DNA of 64,000 nt, taken from a bacterium (GTDB lineage Bacteria; J088; JAWLBW01). Position numbers and translations under genes: made by a program. Below are positions 59,039-64,000 of the stretch, in pieces. Positions within the stretch are counted from its first letter, which is position 1; the number at the start of each line of letters is the position of its first letter. The stretch is from positions 1-64,000 of the forward strand of contig JAWLHK010000003.1 in the NCBI GenBank assembly GCA_041690355.1, given 5' to 3'. The notes under the pieces are model-generated. The model did not search any database, was not told the DNA's origin, and worked only from the letters and a program-made list of their open reading frames with translations.

Positions 59039-60430
59039 TTAACGTTCCGGCCCCAGCAGCCGAATGGGCTGCCGGACCGTTTCGTTGCGGCCGTCCACCA
59101 CGAGCAGTTCGACTTCGCGCTTGCCCCCGGGCACGGCCCCGGCGGGAAAGCGGATAAAGATGTCTGCCTGCGCCGACTGGCCCGCCACGACGGGAAACGG
59201 AACCCTGGCCGTCACGACGTTGAACTCGCTTCCCGCTCCGTCGAGCTCGAAGCGCAGGTCGGCATCGGCAAAGGTATGGTTGGCCACGTGCAGCCGGAAA
59301 TGGTTCACGACTTCACCCCCCTGCGTCAGCGTATAGGCCGACGAAGGGCGCACCACGGAAACATTATACGGCTTCCGGTTCATGACCGTGTATGAAAAAC
59401 CGCCGAGAACGACGACGAGCAGCGCGGCATAGACCATGCTGCGGGCGCTCCAGCGGCGTTTTCCCTGCTCCTCGCCGACGATGGAATCGTAGCGGATGAG
59501 CCCTTTGGGCTTGCTCAGCTTGCCCATGATGTCGTCGCAGGCGTCGATGCAGGCCGTACAGGCCACGCACTCCATCTGCAGGCCGCGCCGGATGTCGACC
59601 CCCGTCGGGCAGACCTGCACGCAGCGGTAACAGCTGACGCAGTCGCCCTGCTGCTCGGGGGGCACGTCGCGCGCCTTGCGCGGCTCGCCCCGTTTCTCGT
59701 CGTAAACCACCCCCAGCGACCGGTCGTCCATCAGAACCGACTGGAGCCGGCCGTAGGGGCAGGCCACGATGCAGAACTGTTCGCGGAACCAGCCGAAGTC
59801 GAACAGAATGAGCCCGGTCGCCGCCAGCATGAACACGAACGTGCCGGGATTTTCGGCCGGCGACGACCGGATCATTTCGGCCAGGCGATCAGTGCCGACG
59901 AAGTACGCCAGAAAGCTGTGCGTGATGACGAGCGTGACGGCGGTAAAGGCGGCCCACTTCGCCGCGCGCAACCCGACCTTGCGCAGCGAGAGGGGGGCCG
60001 CATCGAGCTTGCGCCGCTCATGCGCATTCCCCTCGATCCACCCCTCGATGCGCCGGTAGACCATGTCGATGAACACCGTCTGCGGACACCCCCAGCCGCA
60101 CCAGATGCGCCCCCACAGCGACGTCACGAACAGGAGCCCGAGCACCAGGGCCAGCAGTACGAACACGAGCATCGGTGCGTCGTGCGCCCAGAACGTGAGG
60201 CCGAAGATGGCGAACCGGCGGCGCGGCAGGTCGAGCAGCACCGCCTGATGCCCGGCGACCTCGAGCCAGGGCAGAACGAGAAAGACGACCAGCAGCACCG
60301 AGTAGATGGCCGTGCGCCGGTTGCGCCACGGACCGTTCACCTCGGCGGGGTGCATGTAAACCCGGCGCCCCGTTTCGTCGGTGCTCGCCAGCCGGTCTTC
60401 GGGTAGCTCGAACGTGTTCTTGACGGCCAT
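59039..60430 (-). CDS. ccoG: Cytochrome c oxidase accessory protein
   Basis: GRIWCGWGCPQT, REQFCIVACPYGR, two 4Fe-4S motifs. Confidence 0.96.
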   Translation of the reverse strand: MAVKNTFELPEDRLASTDETGRRVYMHPAEVNGPWRNRRTAIYSVLLVVFLVLPWLEVAGHQAVLLDLPRRRFAIFGLTFWAHDAPMLVFVLLALVLGLLFVTSLWGRIWCGWGCPQTVFIDMVYRRIEGWIEGNAHERRKLDAAPLSLRKVGLRAAKWAAFTAVTLVITHSFLAYFVGTDRLAEMIRSSPAENPGTFVFMLAATGLILFDFGWFREQFCIVACPYGRLQSVLMDDRSLGVVYDEKRGEPRKARDVPPEQQGDCVSCYRCVQVCPTGVDIRRGLQMECVACTACIDACDDIMGKLSKPKGLIRYDSIVGEEQGKRRWSARSMVYAALLVVVLGGFSYTVMNRKPYNVSVVRPSSAYTLTQGGEVVNHFRLHVANHTFADADLRFELDGAGSEFNVVTARVPFPVVAGQSAQADIFIRFPAGAVPGGKREVELLVVDGRNETVRQPIRLLGPER

Positions 60431-60448
60431 GGTACTGCTCGAAAGGCC

Positions 60449-61030
60449 TCAGGTTCCCTGTGGTTTATACGACTCGCCCTGCGGTTCCTTCGCGTTGGGC
60501 GGGTTCGTCCCCTGCAGCGTGAGAATGAAGCCGACCGCCGCCTTCAGCTCGTCGGGCGTGATGGAGTCGCCCCAGGCGGGCATCCCCTTGTCGCCGACAC
60601 CGTCGCGAATCGTTTTCGCAATTGCGCCGGGTGACCCGCCGTGCAGCCAGAACTCGTCGGTCAGGTTGGGCCCGATGAGTCCCTCACCCACCGCGCCGTG
60701 ACAGGCGGCGCAGCGGGTCGCGTAGACCTCGCCCCCCGTGGCCACGGCGGCATGGTCCTTCGCCGCGGCGAGTAGAACGGCATCGTCGAAGCCCCCCTGC
60801 TTTTCTGCAGCCCGCTTTTCTTCGATGGCGCCGACCCTGGCTTCGTAGACCTGCTGCAGCGACTGCCCGGGGCCGAATTCATAGTACCCAACGTACAGGA
60901 CCGAGAAGATGATTGTCAGGTAGAAGCCGTAGATCCACCAGCGCGGCAGCGGATTATCGAGCTCCTGAATGCCGTCGTAGTCGTGATCGAGCAGTTTCTC
61001 ATCCTGCTGCGGATTTTTTTCCTTACTCAT
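60449..61030 (-). CDS. ccoP: cbb3 oxidase subunit III (monoheme form)
   Basis: DHDYDGIQELDNPLPRWW, single CAACH, GPNLTD, GMPAW. Confidence 0.93.
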   Translation of the reverse strand: MSKEKNPQQDEKLLDHDYDGIQELDNPLPRWWIYGFYLTIIFSVLYVGYYEFGPGQSLQQVYEARVGAIEEKRAAEKQGGFDDAVLLAAAKDHAAVATGGEVYATRCAACHGAVGEGLIGPNLTDEFWLHGGSPGAIAKTIRDGVGDKGMPAWGDSITPDELKAAVGFILTLQGTNPPNAKEPQGESYKPQGT

Positions 61031-61196
61031 GATGCGACTCTCCATCGAGCGGAAGCGCAGCGATCTGCGCATATTGCTGTTGGCTCCCCCGGCGCAGAAC
61101 CCATGCGATGATGCCCGTGAAGATCACGAGAAAGAGCACGAGAAATGCGCTGGCAACCGGAACGTCGGCGAACTGCGATGCGTACTGGCTGATCAT
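61023..61196 (-). CDS. ccoQ: cbb3 oxidase subunit IV (57 aa; not in the ORF track)
   Basis: Manual translation MISQY...[17 protein letters not shown]...IAALPLD; ATGA overlap with ccoNO. Confidence 0.85.
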   Translation of the reverse strand: MISQYASQFADVPVASAFLVLFLVIFTGIIAWVLRRGSQQQYAQIAALPLDGESHHE

Positions 61197-63400
61197 CGGA
61201 TTTTCTCCCTCGAGGCGGCCTGGTTGTCGGCCGAGGCCTGATAGTCGCGGCCCAGCCGCTGCAGATAAGCGATCAGAGCGACAATCTCCTTGTTTTCAAC
61301 GCCCGCCTGCACCCCCTGCGAGACGAGCCCCTGGGCAATCGTCTGCGCCTGGGCGCGAGCCGACTCGACGGCGCCGGCCACGTCGGCATCGGTGTACGGG
61401 ACCCCGATGGCCTGCATCGCCGCGAGCTTGGCGGTGATATCGCTCAGATCGAGCTCATCCTTCAGCATCCACGGGTATGACGGCATGATCGACCGCGGAG
61501 TGACCTGACGCGGGTCCTCCATGTGCCGGTAGTGCCACAGGTCGGGATACTTGCCGCCCAGGCGCGCGATGTCGGGCCCGGTACGCTTCGATCCCCATTG
61601 GAACGGGTGATCGTACATCGACTCTTCGGCCAGCGACGCGGCCCCGTAGCGCAGGTACTCCGACTCCATCGGGCGAATCATCTGGGAGTGGCAGGTGTAG
61701 CAGCCCTCGCGGATGTAGATGTCGCGCCCCTCGAGTTCGAGCGGGCTGTAGGGGAGCACGGTAACCGTGTTGTCTGAAACGCCGTGGAAGGTCTTGGGCG
61801 AGAGTACCGAGGGCAGGATCTCGACCGCGCCGCCGACGACGATGGCGATGAAGGTGAGCACGCTGAACACGGTGGTCATCCCTTCGAGGCGGCGATGCGC
61901 GCCGGCGCCCGGTTCAGGCCGCCAGCTGCTGCGGGGGGCGGCCGTGGCGGTCTCGACCTTCTCCTGCTTCGGCGCCAGGCGGATGGTCTTGTACAGGTTC
62001 CAGACGCCGACGCAGGCGCCGGTCAGATACATCAGGCCCCCGATCATGCGCACCCAGTACAGGGGGACGATCTTGATGACGGTCTCGACGAAATCCGGAT
62101 AGACGAGGCGTCCCGATTCGTCGAGCGCCCGCCACATGAGCCCCTGGGTGATGCCCGAGGCCCACATCGACATCATGTAGAAGACGATGCCCAGCGTGCC
62201 GAGCCAGAAGTGGATGTTCGAGAGACGGTTACTGTAGATTTCACGGTTCCACAGCTTCGGCACCAGGTAGTAGAGCATGCCGAAGGTCATGAAGCCGTTC
62301 CACCCCAGCGCGCCGCCGTGCACGTGGCCGATGATCCAGTCGGTGTAGTGCCCCAGCGAGCTGACTGATTTGATGGAGAGGAGCGGGCCTTCGAACGTCG
62401 ACATGCCGTAGAAGGTCAGCCCGGCGACAAAGAACTTCAGAATCGGTTCTGTGCGCACGCGGTGCCAGGCGCCGCGCAGCGTGAGCAGACCGTTCACCAT
62501 GCCGCCCCAGCTGGGCGCCCAGAGCATGACGCTGAAGACCATGCCGGTCGTCTGCGCCCATTCGGGGAGCGCGGTGTAGAGCAGATGGTGCGGACCGGCC
62601 CAGATGTACATGAAGACGAGCGCCCAGAAATGAATGATCGACAGCCGGTACGAATAGACCGGACGGCCGACCGCCTTGGGCACGAAGTAGTACATCAGAC
62701 CGAGAAACGGCGTCGTGAGAAAGAAGGCCACCGCATTGTGGCCGTACCACCACTGCACCAGGGCGTCCTGCGCGCCGCCGAAAATCGAGTAGGACTTGAA
62801 GAGCCCGACCGGAATGGCCAGCGAGTTGATGACGTGCAGCAGGGCCACGGTCAGAATGGTCGCGATGTAGAACCAGACGGCGACGTAGATGTGCTTCTCA
62901 CGCCGCCGGGCCAGCGTTCCGAAGAAGTTGACGGCAAAGACGACCCAGACCGCCGTGATGGCGAGGTCGATGGGCCACTCCAGTTCCGCATACTCCTTGC
63001 TGGTCGTGATCCCCAGCGGCAGGGTGACGGCGGCCGCCACGATGATCAGCTGCCATCCCCAGAAGTGAATGGAGCTGAGCGTCTCCGAGAATGTGCGCGC
63101 CTTCACGAGCCGCTGGGTCGAGTAGTAGATGGCCGCGAAGATGGCGTTGCCGGCGAAGGCGAAGATGGCGGCGTTCGTGTGCAGCGGCCGCAGGCGGCCG
63201 AAGGTCAGCCACGAGATCCCCAGGTTCAGCCGCCAGTCGGCAAGCTGCGAGGCGATGGTGACGCCGAGAAGAAACGCCACCAGGCCCCAGACCATCGTGG
63301 CGAGAATGAACTTCTTGACCACCCGATCGTCGTAGGTAAACGTCTCCGCCTTGTGCGGAACCGTTTTGACGTCGAGCGTGCCCTGAACGGCTTGACTCAT
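61193..63400 (-). CDS. ccoNO: Fused cbb3 oxidase subunits I/II (CcoN-CcoO)
   Basis: [27 protein letters not shown]; CcoO part [22 protein letters not shown]. Confidence 0.97.
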   Translation of the reverse strand: MSQAVQGTLDVKTVPHKAETFTYDDRVVKKFILATMVWGLVAFLLGVTIASQLADWRLNLGISWLTFGRLRPLHTNAAIFAFAGNAIFAAIYYSTQRLVKARTFSETLSSIHFWGWQLIIVAAAVTLPLGITTSKEYAELEWPIDLAITAVWVVFAVNFFGTLARRREKHIYVAVWFYIATILTVALLHVINSLAIPVGLFKSYSIFGGAQDALVQWWYGHNAVAFFLTTPFLGLMYYFVPKAVGRPVYSYRLSIIHFWALVFMYIWAGPHHLLYTALPEWAQTTGMVFSVMLWAPSWGGMVNGLLTLRGAWHRVRTEPILKFFVAGLTFYGMSTFEGPLLSIKSVSSLGHYTDWIIGHVHGGALGWNGFMTFGMLYYLVPKLWNREIYSNRLSNIHFWLGTLGIVFYMMSMWASGITQGLMWRALDESGRLVYPDFVETVIKIVPLYWVRMIGGLMYLTGACVGVWNLYKTIRLAPKQEKVETATAAPRSSWRPEPGAGAHRRLEGMTTVFSVLTFIAIVVGGAVEILPSVLSPKTFHGVSDNTVTVLPYSPLELEGRDIYIREGCYTCHSQMIRPMESEYLRYGAASLAEESMYDHPFQWGSKRTGPDIARLGGKYPDLWHYRHMEDPRQVTPRSIMPSYPWMLKDELDLSDITAKLAAMQAIGVPYTDADVAGAVESARAQAQTIAQGLVSQGVQAGVENKEIVALIAYLQRLGRDYQASADNQAASREKIR

Positions 63401-63561
63401 GTGCGTTCTCCAGTCGGTTCGTGTTCGTCGTCGATCAGCATGCGGTGCGCCGGCGTCTCAAGGTCGTCCCACTGACCCGACAGCGTCGAGACGATGAAGA
63501 CGACGATGACCCCCAGCGCGAACAAGAGAGAAATCGGAAGGATGAAATAGAGTACGTTCAT
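63397..63561 (-). CDS. ccoS: cbb3 oxidase assembly protein (54 aa; not in the ORF track)
   Basis: Manual translation [12 protein letters not shown]...[15 protein letters not shown]. Confidence 0.9.
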   Translation of the reverse strand: MNVLYFILPISLLFALGVIVVFIVSTLSGQWDDLETPAHRMLIDDEHEPTGERT

Positions 63562-64000
63562 CGGAATGACCTCGCGCCAAGTACGGATGATCCGAGGATG
63601 GTGAAGGAGCTGAGGGGCATGAGCACGGCGGCCCCCAGCGGGCTCATGATGCCGGCAACGGCCAGCCCCGCCCCGATCAGGTTGTAAACGAGCGAAAAGA
63701 GAAGGTTGCGCCGGATGACCTGCATCGTCTCGCGCGAACCGCGCACCAGCGTGGCGATGCCTGCGAGCCCGGGGCGGGTCAGAAAGACATCGGCCGCCCG
63801 CAGGCTGATTTCCATGCCGCCGTGCACGGCGATCCCGACGGCCGCGGTGGCCAGGGCGCCGCTGTCGTTGGCCCCGTCGCCGACCATGACTGACCCGGCA
63901 TCGGCCGCAAGGCGCGCCTGCTTCGACTCGGGCGTCTCTCCGGCAAGCCGATCCTCGGCGACGATCCCCACCTGCCCGGCAATGGCCGCCACGTACGCCG
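63558..64000 (-). CDS. ccoI: Heavy-metal P1B-type ATPase CcoI/FixI (partial; C-terminus only)
   Basis: MVGDGANDSGALA, YN...AVLMPLSS; cco operon context. Confidence 0.88.
   Translation of the reverse strand, partial: AYVAAIAGQVGIVAEDRLAGETPESKQARLAADAGSVMVGDGANDSGALATAAVGIAVHGGMEISLRAADVFLTRPGLAGIATLVRGSRETMQVIRRNLLFSLVYNLIGAGLAVAGIMSPLGAAVLMPLSSFTILGSSVLGARSFR

Noticed and set aside
61193-63400. CcoN-CcoO fusion and monoheme CcoP as a novelty
   Set aside because: This arrangement is already known in several lineages (Bacteroidota, Myxococcota, Bdellovibrionota)

Overview
High-GC chromosomal window, probably from a deltaproteobacterial or Myxococcota-like genome. This is an inference from the CdnL, the fused CcoNO, the ExbB plus two ExbD motor genes, the sigma54 regulator and the Cys-rich lipoprotein. 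The assembly has one 100-N gap. Most of the window is housekeeping: scpAB, trpS, hisS, argS, tex, rimO, a DksA-family gene, tRNA-fMet, leuCD, mutS, mutM, a cdnL-like gene, pilD, a PilB/GspE ATPase and a cbb3 oxidase operon. An accessory stretch at about 20.3-36 kb holds a heptamer repeat, a DUF559 endonuclease bracketed by 34/35-bp inverted repeats, a VapBC toxin-antitoxin pair, a complete TetR-alkB-rubredoxin x2-rubredoxin reductase alkane hydroxylase operon and a lipid/transport cluster. The most striking element lies at about 27.88-30.24 kb. A 93-aa stand-alone GIY-YIG nuclease with its own apparently leaderless promoter sits inside a 2.3-kb array of about 125-bp structured repeats. The repeat core is a CGTC-tagged REP-like hairpin present in two orientations, and the two orientations show compensatory stem changes. 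One unit has lost exactly the hairpin. Together with the DUF559 module, this suggests small non-transposase nucleases paired with their own palindromic repeat families, analogous to REP/RAYT. That function is a hypothesis.
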